A DNA stretch of 62,846 nt, filler included, from Chiloscyllium plagiosum (taxonomy: Eukaryota), in the NCBI RefSeq assembly GCF_004010195.1. It is 4 parts of one record of this genome, joined end to end, with 100 filler letters (N's around TTAATTAATTAA, not from the genome) between each part and the next. Parts side by side here need not be neighbours in the genome. Positions count along the whole stretch, not along the records: positions 9,219 to 33,553 come from NC_057712.1; 3 more parts are not named here. One strand, given 5' to 3'. Shown piece by piece: positions 12,160 through 26,277 of the stretch (position 1 is its first letter; the number at the start of each line of letters is the position of its first letter). The notes beneath the pieces are model-generated. The model did no database searches, was not told the origin of the DNA, and worked only from the letters and a program-made list of their open reading frames with translations. The position numbers and the translations under genes were made by a program.

Positions 12160-13540
12160 CTCTTAACACCAAAATGGTTAATTGTGTCCCGTTTATACTG
12201 TTAATCAGAATAAAAGAGACTTACACCGGGTTTAACAAAATCCAAATAATCCAATGCTTTTTAAGGTAAAACTCACTTTTAAAAGAAGTAACGTAACTGG
12301 TTAATTTGTAAGCTATAATCTGGAAGAAAAACGGTATCCACTTTTCCAAAAAGACACATTCACATAACACTGAAGACAATAAACTCTGCAGAGATTTTTT
12401 TTAAATCCTTTTTGGCCAAGAGACTGAGAACAGTGGAAAGAATTAAATGCTTCATCAAATCATCATCCACAGGGTTTCTTGCTGATGAAATCAAATGCTA
12501 ACTGCTGTAGACTGATAGAAAATCTTCAGTTCAAATTGAAATCAAGCTGGGTATAATTTTTGGAATGTGATTATTAGTTTTTCAGGTCTTATAAGGTCAT
12601 CAGAAATATTGATTTTTTTGAAACTATATCATGTCCCCAAGAACGGCTACTGAGAGAGAAAAAAACATTTGCAGCCGCCAGGATTTTCTTCCTATGGCAT
12701 CTAACTTTGTGAAAATTTGAGGAAGGACATTCTGGCTATTGAGGGAGTGCAGCGTTGGTTCATGAGGTCAATTCCCGGAATGGCGGGACTATCATATGTT
12801 GAAAGATGGGAGTGACTGGGCTTGTAACACTTGAGTTTAGAAGGATGAGAAGGAATCTGATTGAGATGTACTGGACACTCTGGAGGCAGGAGGCGTGTTT
12901 CCGCTGATGGGTGAGTCGAGAACCAGAGGACACAGTTTAAAAATAAGGGGTCGGCCATTTAGACCAGAGTTGAGGAGAAACTTCTTCACCCAGAGAGTGG
13001 TGGATATATGGAATGCTCTGCCCCAGAAGGCAGTCGAGGCCAAGTCTCTGGATACTTTCAAGAAAGAGATGGATTCAGCTCTTAAAGTTAGTGGAATCAA
13101 GGGTTAGGGGATAAGGCAGGAACTACTGATTGTGGATGATCAGCCATGATCATAATGAATGGTGGTGCTGGCTCGAAGGGCTGAATGGCCTGCTCCTGCA
13201 CCTATTGTCTATTGTCAAAAACAGAACTTAATGCCAGAAGAGGTAGTTAGACAACCTCCAGCACAGAGGCCTATTGTAGTAATTTTTCCAAAGCCAGTTT
13301 TTCCAGCAATGAAGAGCCATAAATCTAATCCATTATCAATATAAAAGCTTTGCTTGTCTTTTCTCCAAAGTTCTTTAACTTCCAGTAAACAGCATGTAGC
13401 TTACAGCACACATTAAAAGGTTGACCTCACTCGTCAAGAAATCACATGGTAAAAATCCTTTTCAATCTAGAAAGTGTCCAAATAGTTCTACACCTTCAAA
13501 TTTTTCACGCAGTTCAAAAACATAAATATGTATTTATAAC
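12160..13540 (-). mobile_element. Possible LTR-like element interrupted by a young CR1
   Basis: Begins TGttataaa on the minus strand (plus tttataaca at 13540) and is split by CR1 12705-13216. Confidence 0.3.
12705..13216 (+). mobile_element. Young CR1 3' end
   Basis: MFPLMGESRTRGHSLKIRGRPFRPELRRNFFTQRVV; (TATTGTC) tail; very similar to 50650-50990 and 62182-62520. Confidence 0.93.
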
Positions 13541-13979
13541 AACTGTGAATAAATAAAAACAAATTTCTAAATTTTATTTTGAGTTTTTCACATCCAATCT
13601 TAGAACTACCAATGAGGTTTTCATGTAATAAAATGATAATTCACAAAGATGATTATTAATATTAAAGAAGGCAAAAGTGAATGTGCTATGCAAATAATGT
13701 GAATCAATTCATGAACTGTATTTTTTTCCTTTTGGTAGGTTTGAGATGGAATGGTTCTAAAACCTACTAATGTGAAATTGCCACTGACCAGGAAAAAGGC
13801 AGGAAAGTGGAGTTGTGAGTTATCAGCTCAGTTATATCTTATGATTGAATGGATCTGCTGCAACTTCCTTTCAAAATCTATACACACAGGCTTTCTTGGA
13901 ATTCAGTAGAAAACTCTTCACTGTCTTACCACAGCTGGACATTGGGAAAAATACAGCTCTAATGCAGATTTTCAGCAAT

Positions 13980-14260
13980 TTTCTTTCACAGGATGTGGGC
14001 ATCGCTGAGTGGGCCAGCATTCATTTTCCATCCCTACTTGCATTTGAGACAGTGATGATGAGCCAACTGTTTGAACAATTGCAGTCCATTGTGTAGCTAC
14101 ATCAGCAGTGCTGCAAGCAAGGGAATTCCAGGATTTTTACCCAGTAACAGTGAAGTACTAATGAGACGGTTTCAATGCAGCACCAGGTGATGAGCTGAGA
14201 AGGTGTTGTTTAAGGAGCCTTGAAGAATTGCAGCAGTGCATTTAGGATATGGAAGAGAAA
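13980..14260 (-). mobile_element. 3' end of second LINE family
   Basis: ggatgtgggcatcgctgagtgggccagcattc...catccct, shared with 17670-17960 and 39770-40130. Confidence 0.6.
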
Positions 14261-14379
14261 GGCAATGGCAGCTTCATAAAGAGTGGGGAAGAGTGGAGGG
14301 TCAGCAGCTTCTCAAACAGCATTAGAAAGTGCAGGGACAGCAGCTTTGTAAAGAGAAGAACGGATCTGTGTGAGAAGGG

Positions 14380-17255
14380 TAGTAACAGTGGGAGATAAAA
14401 ACCAACAGCAGAGAGCTCCTTCAACCTGTTTCTAACTCCAAGAGCCAAAGTATGGTGTCACAGAAATAAAGCACATGTCTTCTTTGTATCTCTTCATTAG
14501 TCAAGTCATTTCAGTCATTACAGCTTAAGATTTCAGTTAAAAAATTCACTTTATAAATATTTAATACCAAGATAATTAATGAAATGTGATCGACAATCAA
14601 AGGTATTGTCTGGAAAGATGAGTATAGAGATAGGAGAGCTTGGCTAATAAAGGACTGTGTCAGTGCAGTGCTGATTTGTGTTAGAGATAAAACAAATCAT
14701 GATGTGCAATCAGCTTACATAGAAGTAAGGAGTAGGAAAAGGAAAGAAATCACTGGTGGGAGTTCTCTGTATCCTCCGTAAAGTTGCTTCACTGTAGGAC
14801 AAACTATAAATCAGAAAAGAATGGAGGTGTGGAAGAGCATTACAATTGTCATGGGTAATTTTATTCTGCATGTTGACTGCAGAATACAGATGAAGAATAA
14901 CATACAAGACAAATTTGAAGAGTGCATCAGGGTGTCTGAAGAGATCCCATTGTTAATTTGTCAAATAATTTGTCAAATTACAAATTCAGAGGGAGGGCAA
15001 CTTGGGTTAAAAATTGTTATTTCATAATGCTTGGCAAAAAGTTATTCCAACCACAAACAAAGAGTTGATGAGATGGATGAATCATCAGTGGTTAACAACT
15101 GCAGTCAAGCAGGCAGTGGTGATGAAGCAATGCAATCAAAAATTAAGACACGCAAAGTGGTAAGAACAAGAGGTAAACAGAATGTTGGAATTTTTTTAAG
15201 AACCTGCGGAAGATAATTAAAAAGTCAATAAAGGTAGAAAAATTACGAGAGAAAAATATAATATTTTATATATATTATGAACTAAATATAAAAACAAACA
15301 GCGTATTCTACAGATATATAAAAAATAAAGAAAATAGCTAAAGTGTGGGAGCCCTGGAGGATTCAATTGGGGAATTAATAACAGGGAACGGGAAAATGAT
15401 TGGTAATTCAAAGCAGTATTTTGCATTTAGTTTCATGGTGGAGGGCACTATAAGCATCCCAAAGATAGCAGATAGCAAAGTGCTAATAGGAGGAAAGATC
15501 TTAGAACAGTTTCGACCATGAATGACAACATATTTGACAAACTAATAGGACAAAAGCCAGAGAAGTCATCGAGATCTGAGTGGTGCTAGAAAAGCACAGC
15601 AGGCCAGGCAGCATCCGAGCAGCAGGAAAAATCGACGTTTCGGGCGAAATGTCGATTTTTCCTGCTCCTCGGATGCTGCCTGACCTGCTGTGCTTTTCCA
15701 GCACCACTCTAATTTTGACTCTAATCTCTAGAATCTGCAGTACACACTTCTGCCAACTCAGTGAGATCTGGTGACCTGCACCCAAGAGTTTTAAAGGATG
15801 TGCCTGCGTAGATAGTGGAGACATTGGTTAAATATTTCAGACCTCACAGGATTCCATAAGGGTTCTAGCAGATTGGAAAACCACCAGTGCGACCCTCCTG
15901 TTCAAGTAAAGAGGGCAAGAGAAAGGAGGAACACCAGTTACCTCAACATCTATTTTTTTGGAAAATGCCCATACCCATTATTAAGGGAGAAATAGCAGGA
16001 CGTTTAGAAAAGCTTAATGCAAACAAAAACAGACAACATTGACTTGTGAAAGGGAAGTCATTTCGGACTAATTTGGTAGAGTTCTTTCAAGATGTATCAA
16101 ACAAAGATGATAAAGGGAAATTGGCAGATGTGTCGTCTTTGGATTTCCAAAGGGCATTAACTATGATGCCACATTTTTAAAAAATTGTATTAGCATGGAA
16201 TGCAGAATGGTTCACACATATAAGACAGAGAGTTAGGATTAATAGGTGTTTTTCAGGTTAGAAAGACATAGCTAGTGGAGTGCCATAGGACCAGTCAATT
16301 AAAGATCAATCATTTATTGTCCATAGTAATGACTTGGAAGATGGGGTAATGTGTAACGTATCCATATTTGCTCATGATACAAAATATAGATTGGAAAGCA
16401 CGCTGTGATTAGGACACAAGGAATTTGCAATGGGATGTGAGTGAGTTATCAAAAATTTGCAGATGGAGCTTAATGTTGAAAAGTGCGAGGTCATGTACTT
16501 TGGTATGAAGAATTAGAAGACTGACTATTACTTACAAAAAACATCCGGCATAGAGGGATCTAGGTGTTCTTGTGCATGAAACATAAAATGATAGAATGCA
16601 GGTGCAGTAGGTAACAGTGAAGGCAAATGCAATTTTGGTCTTCATTGCTCAGAGCTGAGATTTAAAAATAGAGAAGTTTTGTAACAACAGTTCAGAGTGC
16701 TGCTGAGGCCACACCTGGAGTACTGTGTACAATTTTGATCACTATAAATGAAAAAAGGACAAACTGGCATTGGAAACTGTTCAAAAGACATTCTGCGATG
16801 AAGGGGTTGCAATATAAAAGTGACTAAACAAGTTAAGTTTTTTTTCATTAAAGTTGAGAAGAATGAGGTTTAATATTATAAGATCCTGGGGTGGGGGGGT
16901 TGAGGCGTGGTTTGACAGAGTAGATATCAAAAAGATGTTTCCACTAGTAGAATATCTCAAACTTGGGGACAAAGTTACAGAATAAGGGGACACTTCTTTT
17001 AAAACTAAAATGTGCAGAAATGGATTCTCCAAGAGAGTGATGAACGTCTGGAAATCTCTACCCCAGAGAGTTGTGGAGACTAAATTACTGAAAGGAACTA
17101 AAGAGATACTAGACAGATTTTCAAATATTGGGGACTTGATGGCTATGAGGAGCTGGCATGAAAGAAGTGTTGAGGCCAGGGAAGATATTATTGAATGTCA
17201 GGATAGGCTTGGAGGGCCACATGGTCTAATCGTACTCCTACTTTTTATGTTCTTC
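14380..17255 (+). mobile_element. Old CR1 LINE (EN to RT to 3'UTR, many stops)
   Basis: IVMGNF (EN), DWK..TPLFK, SGVP, RPHLEYCVQF and 3'UTR remnants. Confidence 0.85.
15578..15755. mobile_element. Fold-back Penelope-like insertion (family A) inside CR1
   Basis: Near-perfect inverted arms centred on gacgtttcgggcgaaatgtc; gagatctg on both flanks. Confidence 0.8.
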
Positions 17256-17669
17256 TGCGATGTGTGGGATAAAAGGTGTCTTTAAATGCTGCAGGAATTA
17301 GAGATGCTTGTCTGGAAAACGTAGTGGGGGCCTTCTGGCTGGTTTGCCTCAGCAAGCACACACTCCGACATAGCTCATTGTAAACCTGAATCTGGTGTGA
17401 AAGTACAAAAATGGGTCATGAAGTCACATTTAGATTGTTTGTACAATTTGTGAGCTGTGAAAGTTCACAAGTCAAACTTTTGTGAGCCCAGATAAAAATT
17501 TTTCATAAAAGCTCAAAGCAGTATATTGCGCACAGAATTTAACTCCTCCATTTTCAGAGTGCATCTGGACAGTGCATACATTGTCAAAACTTACTTGTTT
17601 CTAGATTGAAGTAAACAAAGAAACAAGGAATTGAACAAATATTTACACAATCTGACCATTTTTAAAAGT

Positions 17670-17960
17670 CATTAATTCATCAGCTGAGGGCTTCATTAGC
17701 TGGACCAGCATATATTACCCATCCCTCATTGCCCTTGGTAAGTTGCTAGTGAGCTCCCTTCTTGAATCACTGTGGTCTATTTGCTGTAGGCAGACCACAG
17801 TGCTGTTAGGTAGGAAGTTACAGGGCTTAGACCCAACAACACTGAAGGAATACTGCTACATTTCCAAGTCAGGATGGTGAGGGGCTTGGAGGGAAACTTG
17901 CAGGTGGCGGTGTTCCCAAACATCTGTTGCCCTTTCTTTCCAAATGGTAGTGGTGAAAGA
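17670..17960 (-). mobile_element. 3' end of second LINE family
   Basis: ORF remnant NTATCKFPSKPLTILTWK. Confidence 0.7.
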
Positions 17961-19039
17961 ATATAGTACATGCTTTTGATGGGATTAAACATTAGTTTTC
18001 TTTTTGCTTACCATTTGAATTGCTAAGGTCATTAGTTGAATGATTACATTTCTTTTTGTAAGGTTCATCTGTATTTAACAGCAATTAAAGTCAATCAAAA
18101 AACTAATGTGAAATGTAATTATTTTAACTGAATGTTACCAAAGGTGATAAAGGCAACATGACAGAAATTATCCTCTGTCCTTAAATAATGATAACTGCAA
18201 TTAGTTTAATCTGAATTCATCTGGAATAGTTAAGAATCTATTTGACAGGAAAATGTTGCAACATGATATTAAGAATGCCAAAACATTTTTCTGATGTAAG
18301 AGGATTGAAGACATTTATGATATAGCATTACTCCTGATAGGTTTTGCAGCTGATGATTTGTCAAATCTGTGTCTATTCTGACTGATATTTGAATCTGGTG
18401 TAATTTAATAGAAAGCAACCTAAAGACAATTGATTTTGTGGGTGCTGTTATTCTAATTCTACTGATTACAGCTTTAGTTTGGGAGATCATTAAGATTAGT
18501 TGTTCCTTTCATATTTACTCTTCTCTAATATGGTCCTCAGGATCAAGCATACCTTGCTTCCACTCCAGTTTGGTGGGTACTGAGATGGTTCATAAGTCTA
18601 ATTTGCAGTCTGCAGATTCTGTGCCATGTGAGGCAAATGGTGCTTGATCAGTTGTTAGATTTTTGTTCAAAGATTTTTGTATTCCAGGCACAATAACATT
18701 TTTTGAGAGATTTTCTCAAAGGCCTGTTTTGACTTTCAGAAACTACTTGTAGTTTACAGAAACTCCTTTCATTCTAACCAACTTAGGTGAAGCCGTCACA
18801 TATTAACAATATTTTCTATTTCATGTTGGTTTATACAGTATTTGGACTCACACAAAGCAGAATTAGAAAAAAATATAATGATTAACCTTTCATTAAAACG
18901 TAAAGCCACAACGAAATAAGCATTAAGTTGTCTCAACAGCACAGTACCTAGCACTTCCAAATCATGGAGTATAACCTGGTGTTGTGTGATTTTTAACTAA
19001 GTTAACAGCAAGCATTTGTTTCTTCAAAATAACTGATAC

Positions 19040-20320
19040 ATAATTACATAGCCTTAACGTAGAGATTCACATGATTTTTTTCAATGAACTCAAAGTTGGA
19101 ACTAGGTCTGAGATAGTAAAGGATCTCTTGAAAGTGCTGGACCCAGCTTGCCTCTTCCCCCTCATCTATCATTAACACCCTACTGTTCTTGCCTATAATT
19201 AGGTGAAATGTTGTTGCTTCTAATGCCAATCACTTCCCATATGATATTCTGCAGCATCTTCCAGTTGCTCTGGTTTCCTACTTTGCATGATTCCCTCCTT
19301 TTTAATTCTATCCAGCCTTACTTATCTTGCCTGAAACTCTTATTCACATTTTTCTTCAGTCTTCTGCACTTCTCACCACTCCACACACATCAAAAGCTCA
19401 GCTTAAGTGTCAGTTGGATGGAAGCCAGTAAACTATTACATCATTACTACCAGATTCCACACCAGCACGCCAAAGTCACTGTTGTATAAATATCTCCACC
19501 ATAGGTATATGCAGAGGAGGAGAAAAAAATAATTTTACCATCAATATAGGACATGCTAAGTGAGGCACCCAATTATGATATTAAATTAATGATCTGCAAC
19601 CTTGATGGCAAATGGCAAGGATTGAACAATACACTTGGTCCCATGGGTCAATGACTATGGATAACAGAAAAAAACAAATCTCTGCTTGCCTTGTACAACA
19701 CCAGTGGGCTCAACATTGTGAATACCTTATTTCAAACACAAGGACATGCACAAAATTATATGAAGGTCTTGAGATAGTAACAGCCTGAATAAGATTGGCT
19801 ATACATACATCAGTGGTAGATGAAGGATATCCCTACAAGATGTCCAGATTTGTCCACATGTCAATATAAGATTGGACCATCATCTTAACTTCACAGAATC
19901 ACAGACGTGCTACAATGCAGAAGAATGCCGTTTGGCCCAACATGTCTGAAATGGCTTTCCAAGTGAGAATTGTGACTTACTGCCCTGTTCCGGTGCCTTT
20001 TCCCCATGCCACTGAACATTGTTTATATTTAAATAATTTTCCAATGCTCTAATGAATGCACCAGTTGAACAGAATTCAGCAAGATCCACCTGAAACTGAA
20101 AAAGGCAACAACCACCAAGTCACAATGACCATTTGCAAAAGAGAAGTACAAGGACACAATAGGCAGTCCCCAACTGGTCCTCTTCGACCAATAATTCAAA
20201 GTAGTAATGAAGTCAGGCACCATTGAGGAACAGTCAGGCACTGTTACAAGAGAAATTAAGGAGAGTGTCGAAAACATGAAAGTTAGTTGCTGAAAGAAAG
20301 CTGACTAACAGCAAGAGGGT
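19040..20320. mobile_element. Decayed RTE LINE in two opposed pieces
   Basis: Plus 19500-20320: EN-like NTLF.HKD.HKI, YISGR..SLQDV and KIHLKLKK. Minus 19040-19490: IIGKNSRVL...WVQHFQEIL. Confidence 0.55.
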
Positions 20321-21239
20321 CTCGGAAAACAACACAGAAGACAATGATGCAGAGTCCCTTTAAAATAGATCTTATTGGATTTACAAGGAGCAGGCATGTT
20401 TTACTATAAGCTAAATCTGATTGTCCTACTCTGAACTCCCTTAACTCGCAAAACAGGTTTTGCTAGGGGTAAAGAACCTGGAAATGAAGGTGCCTTTGAA
20501 GTAACCCTGATTGGTTGCTGCAGTACATCCTATTAATTCAATTTATTGCAGCCACGCTGAACAAATGAAGTTGATATTAATCATGGTAATAAAATTCCAA
20601 AATGCTCTGCCCTGAATGACATCAAAGTTCTTATGTTTTCTTCTGTAGCTGTACCCAGGAGGTGAGGATGACAGTCTAGTTCTTTCTGTTCAGGATATAA
20701 GATAGCAAGAAGATTTATTTTGTCTGCCAGATACAGCACAAGATATTCACTGGAAACAACCACCAGAGAAAATGTTATCTGGCCAAAAACTGAGGGAACG
20801 AAGTCAGACTTTAAATTCTGTACTCCCTTCTTGAACTTCTGGAAAATATTGTTATATAAAATTGCTCATATGAAATCTAGTTTTTTGGCTTAAATTGAGA
20901 GTGCGCAGATGTTTTCTGGGATATAACTGCTGCTTCTAATAGATCAAAAGCAAACAGAGTGGATAAAAAGCAAAATATTACACACACCAGAAATATGAAA
21001 CAAAAACAAACAATTAAGAAATACTCAGCAAGTCAGCCAGCAACCAATGAGGGAGAAGGTAAGTTAACATTTTGGTTGCGAATCTTTCTTCAGAATTCAG
21101 GCAACATCTCTGCATGGTCCTTTTGATTTCTGTCTTGGTTAAGAATGTGCACTTTGGCAATGGAGCTTGAAGGCTCTTCAATGGTTCAAGTCATGATTGT
21201 ATGTGGGTAGAGAGGAACTTGTAGGTTGTGGTGTCCCTT

Positions 21240-22240
21240 TTTTAAGAAGTATCTTTAATAGGCAGTGGGTACTTACTGTTAATCTTTAATTGCCTTTCTT
21301 GAACTGCTACAGTCCATGTTGGGCATATAAACTCACAATGCTGTTAGAAAGGAAGTTCTTGACTTTGACACAGAGAGAATGGAGGAACCGAAATATAGTT
21401 CTAGGTATGTGGCATGGAGGAAAACTTGCAAGTCATGATGTTCTATGCACCTGCCTTTGTCCTTCAGGGTGTATGAGGTCACAGATTTAGACACAGCTAT
21501 CAGAGGGGCCTGGGTCAATTGCAGCAGTGTACCTAGCACACGCTGCTGCCACTGTGCATTAATGGTGCAGAGGGACTGAATATTGAAAATGTGGATCAAG
21601 TACCAATCAAATGGATTTCTTCATCTTGAATGGTGGTGAAGCTCGAGTGTTTTGGAGCTGCATTCATTCAGACAAGTAGAGAATACAATCACCCTCCTGA
21701 CGTGTAACTGTTAGATGGTGGACAGGCTTTGGGAAATCAGAAGGGGATTTACACACTGCAGATTCCCAGCATCTGACCTGCTCCTATAACTACAGTATTT
21801 ATCTGATTGGTCCAGCTCAATTTGGGCAACGCCCAAGTTGTTGATAGTGGTGCATCCACAGATGATAATGCCATTGAACATCAAGCAGTAATGATATGGT
21901 TCTCTCTTATTGGAAATGGCCCATCTCTGGCACTTCCCTGCCATGAATGTTGCTTATCACATATCAGACCCTGAATGCTGTCTATGTCTTGCTGCATATG
22001 GACATGGATGGCTTCAGAATCTGAGGAGTCACAAATGGTACTGGAAATTATGACTGAAGTCAGAAAGTCAAAGGTCGGAATGGTCATGAATGAAGCAGCT
22101 GAAGACTGCTGGAAACTATATTGTGGAGCTCATACAGAGCTATGCTGAAGCTTCCTTCCTTTAACTAAAATGTGATTCCAACCTGTGGAAAGTTTCCCTG
22201 ATTCACATCGACTACAGTTTGCTATATTTTGGGACATTCA
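21240..22240 (-). mobile_element. Second-family LINE RT/3' portion
   Basis: DSEAIHVHMQQDIDSIQG and KCQRWAISNKRE in ORFs 21711-22087. Confidence 0.75.
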
Positions 22241-22614
22241 ATGTCAACATCAGGAGAAAGACAGCATAAATTTTAAAACAGGAAGTCATGCCATTGATTA
22301 CTCTTTTTGTGTGCAGGTGACTAAAGTAATAAACAGCAGTAGGGGGATGTATCTGGATGGTATTTATCTGGACCTCCAGAAGGCTTCAATAAGAGGCTGT
22401 CAGCAGAATATGTAACCCATGAAACTGAAGGTAAATTATGAGCAAATTAGCAGAGCCGCAAGAGACAGAAAGTAGAGATAATGGTAAGGATAATAAAATG
22501 GGTTAAATCTGACTCTGTGAAACAATAATGGAGCACAGTATTCATCAACACAGGACAGGCAGGTTCTCTAATGGAGGAATTTGACTAGTAGTGTCCCAGA
22601 ACGTTCAACTACTC

Positions 22615-23787
22615 ACTGTGCCTGATTTCAGAGGAGAGCAAATTCATGCTGATCTGAATGAGACTATCACTCCACCTCATTTTCTTAAATAAAAGATGGA
22701 CATCCATGTTTATGAGAGGAAATCCTGCTCAGGACCCCCTCAGAGAGGCGAAGCAGTATTTCCCATATGAGAGTTCCTTCATTGGGCAAAACTGTCAGAT
22801 GAAGGCACACCACACTCCCCTTTTCACAGCAGTCAGTGCCGTATTCTGACACTTCAAGGTTAACAGCCACTTAGCCAACTGCTGTCAAACTGTAAGTAGG
22901 GAAGTTGGATGTTTGTTTGCTGAGAAGGTAGTGAAATAAATGTGTTAGGTGCCAGGTAAGCAGAGTGGGCAGATGGGTAATGTGCTATGTGGGTAGGGTG
23001 CCAGCTGAGTAAAGTGCCAGGTATGGAGGTCGCCAGATGGATAGGAGATGAGTTGCCTGGTTGGTAGGACACCAACTGGGAAAGGGGAGACTGGCAAGTG
23101 AGTAGGGTGCCAGGGTGCAGAGTGACAAGGGTGCCAGGTGAGTGATGCAGTGTTTAGATTAGGTCAGGATGGGGTGCAGAGGTGGGGAGGAGAGTCAGGC
23201 AGGGGTTGGGTGGTGGGGGAGTGGGTTGAGGGCTGGATTTGCGGTAGAACTAGGTTCGGGCAATCTAAGTGGGATTTCCTAGGGGTTGGGTCAGGCTCTG
23301 GTCAAATTCAGTTGCAAAGGGCAGCAGTTGTTTTGTCAGTTCCCAGGGTGAGGTGTATTAGAGTCTGTGTGGTGGGTCAGGTTCCATGGTGGGAGGAGAG
23401 GGTTCCATATTCAGGATGATGAACCCTTGGTGGGTGGTGTCCAGGCTGGATGTGAGGGGTGTGAGTGGTCTGGGGGTGGTGTAGTTTATAGTGTGTGTGC
23501 TATGTATGGGACGGTTTAATACTGTAATTACTTAGAACCTAGACTGTGCAGCTAATTGCCAACTATTCTGAGTAACTATTTTATTTTACAGAAACTTCCA
23601 AAAACTCTGATTTAAATGAAGACTTTCAGAGGGTTCCGGGGTAGAGGAATTATCCAGTGGAACTTTGAATTTCCCAGGAAATTCCCTCAGCATCTGTTAT
23701 GATGGGGACTCCCCAGGATCCAAATGTATACCTTTCACCTATGCCAGAATGACGTTTGTCTGGTCATTGGAAAATTCAGGCCAGTGT
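22615..23787. mobile_element. Non-autonomous TIR element (possibly Harbinger-type), copy 1
   Basis: Interrupts CR1 RT; ends cactgtgcctgattt / aattcaggccagtg are inverted; G/T-rich interior; homologous to 31850-32600 and 55575-57593. Confidence 0.6.
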
Positions 23788-24216
23788 TTTTATTAGCACC
23801 TTATATGATGGAAGAAAATGCCATATATCCAAATTTGCTGGTGATGCAGAGATAATATTGTACGTAGTGTAGATGGAAACATAAAGATGTAAATATTAAT
23901 AGATTAAGGGAATGTGCAAAACTGAGACAAATGGATTTCAATATAAACAACCATGAGGCCATCCACTTTAGTTCTACATAATGAAAAACTGGAAACCATG
24001 AAGATCCAAAGAGACTTGAGTGTCTGGGTACAAAGATTACTAAAAATGTAATGAACAAATGTAGAAAAGCATCAAAAGATTATAGGCAATTAGGACTAGT
24101 TTAATTTAGGAACAAGGTCAGTGAGGACTAGTTGGACTGAAGGGTCTATTTCCATGCTGTATTGGTCTATGAAAAATGGAATACTGTTCTTTGTATCTAC
24201 AGAACAAGTATGTCAG

Positions 24217-24320
24217 TGGGCCCCTGTGGCACAGTGGTAGTGTCCCTACTTCTTAGCCAGTAGACCCAGGTTCAAGCTCTACCTGCTCCAGACATGTATA
24301 ACAATATTCCTGAACAAGAA
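24217..24320 (+). mobile_element. tRNA-derived SINE head
   Basis: A box tggcacagtgg and B box ggttcaagc. Confidence 0.6.
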
Positions 24321-25720
24321 AATACCAACAAATAGAAGGAAAACCCTAGCTGTGTGCAGCCCTTTTTCAAACACATCCACAGTATAATTACACTGGGAAC
24401 CACATCTTAGGGAAGATATTTTAGCTATGAAGGGAATGTAACACTGAATCACCACAGTAATACTTGTACATCAAGTGTTAAATTATGAAGTGAAATTACA
24501 CAAACTGAGTTAACACTTCCTTGAATTTGAAAGAATGAGTGATGATTTGATGGAAATTTTCAAGATATTAAGGGAAGCAGAATGTCAGACAGACACTATG
24601 TTCATCCAGTTATGAAGAAAGGTCACTGGACCCAAAATGTTGACTCTACTTTCTCTCCACAGATGTTGCCAGACATGCTGAGTTACTCGAGCAATTTCTA
24701 AATTCTATCCATTTATTGGGAGGCTACAATTGGTGGGAGAGAAGTGGGCAAGGTTGGGAGGGGGAGCACCGTGTGTAATTAATGGCAAGCTTTTCAGAAG
24801 TGATGTTAGGCAACATTTCCACATGCAAGGCGTGGTAGTTGAAACACTCTTCTGAAAATGGCAATTAATGCCATTTAGTTTAAAGTGAAAATTCATAGAA
24901 TTTTGGTAACCAGAGCAAAGGCAGGAAGGTGGGTGCAATGATCTCATCAAACAAACTTTAGGGCTAAAAGGCTGATTCCTGACACTAAATGAAGGATACC
25001 ATGGCTGGTCTCCCCTTAAATCATTCTCGCACTGTTCTGTAGTCCACTAACATGAGAACTAATGAAAGAAAAGCTTAAAGATAGAGAAAAAGGCCAGGAT
25101 ATGTATTGATGACCCAATGCTTTCCAGATGTACAATGGGGACATTGGAATCCAACAAAGGTTGGATGCAGGTTCTATCACAGAAATGTATGACACAGCAT
25201 ATATTGGTAAAGGTTTCAGTATCTATAACTAGGGCCAGCACCTGCAAAAGGCTTTAGACTCTTTGAATATTCCATTGACATTGAATGCTTGTCTGCAGTT
25301 TCCTTCCTTCAAGTAGTATAAGACACTGACATGCATTTATGTAGCCTTGTCATAATTAGTAAAGGCATGTCATATTCATAACTTTTAAAGCATGTATTCA
25401 GTGTGAAATCTTTTATTTTTTAAATACATGATAATGATACTAAAAAAGGGTCTTCTGACTTGGATTGTGAATTCAAAACTGGCAGGATTCTCTCAATACC
25501 CCAGAGCATTGTTGTTCTTCCGGGTTGTGATAACCAATAAAATCTCCAACACTACATTTAGAGAAACCACATGATAGGGAAGCCATGTTGGCCTCCTTTT
25601 TTAATCTTTAAATTCTGGCTGAAGATAGAGACAGAAACAGCAGCACCAGAAAGCATAGAAACACCTATACCTTATGAACTGGAGACTAACACCATAAGGC
25701 GAAAGTGGGTACGGCAGATT

Positions 25721-26006
25721 AGAGTCAAGATTAGAATGGTGCTGGAAAAGCACAGCAGGTCAGGCAGCATCTGAGGAGAATGAAAATCGACGCTTCGGGC
25801 TGGGGCCCTTCATCAGGAATTCAGGCCCAATATGTCGATTTTCCTGCTCCTCGGATGCACCTGACCTGCCATGCTTTTCCAGAACCACTCTAATCTTGAC
25901 TCTGATCTCCAGCATCTGTAGTCCTCACTTTCACCTCAAAAATGAATAAACTTGGAGGCCTTATGGTGTTAGTCAAGATTAGAGTGGTTCTGGAAAAGCA
26001 TGGCAG
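25721..26006. mobile_element. Fold-back Penelope-like insertion (family A) with an extra inverted arm
   Basis: Inverted arms around a degenerate hammerhead; third arm at 25971-26006. Confidence 0.8.
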
Positions 26007-26277
26007 ATTGCTAACAAAAAAAGTATGCATTTTTTAAAAAAACTACCTGAATTTGGGTCTGGATAGAGCAGGAGTTCCACTGCAGATCCAAAGTAAATTG
26101 TTGACTCTGACTGAGCCCTCTCCTGATCACCTGAATCATGATGTTACCTTTCCCTTTGTTCTTCTCTTCTGATCATTTCCTGCCTGATAGCTTCTCCCTT
26201 CTTCTCAAAGTTAATTAAGGGATGCTGCTAAACTCATTCCCATGGATCTAGCAAGTTGATTCACAAGTAATATCTGG

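Larger units (their letters stand above)
22245..24990 (+). mobile_element. Old CR1 split by a TIR element and by SINE/PLE inserts
   Basis: IYLDLQKA before 22620, ISKFAGD after 23790, 3'UTR near 24950. Confidence 0.75.
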
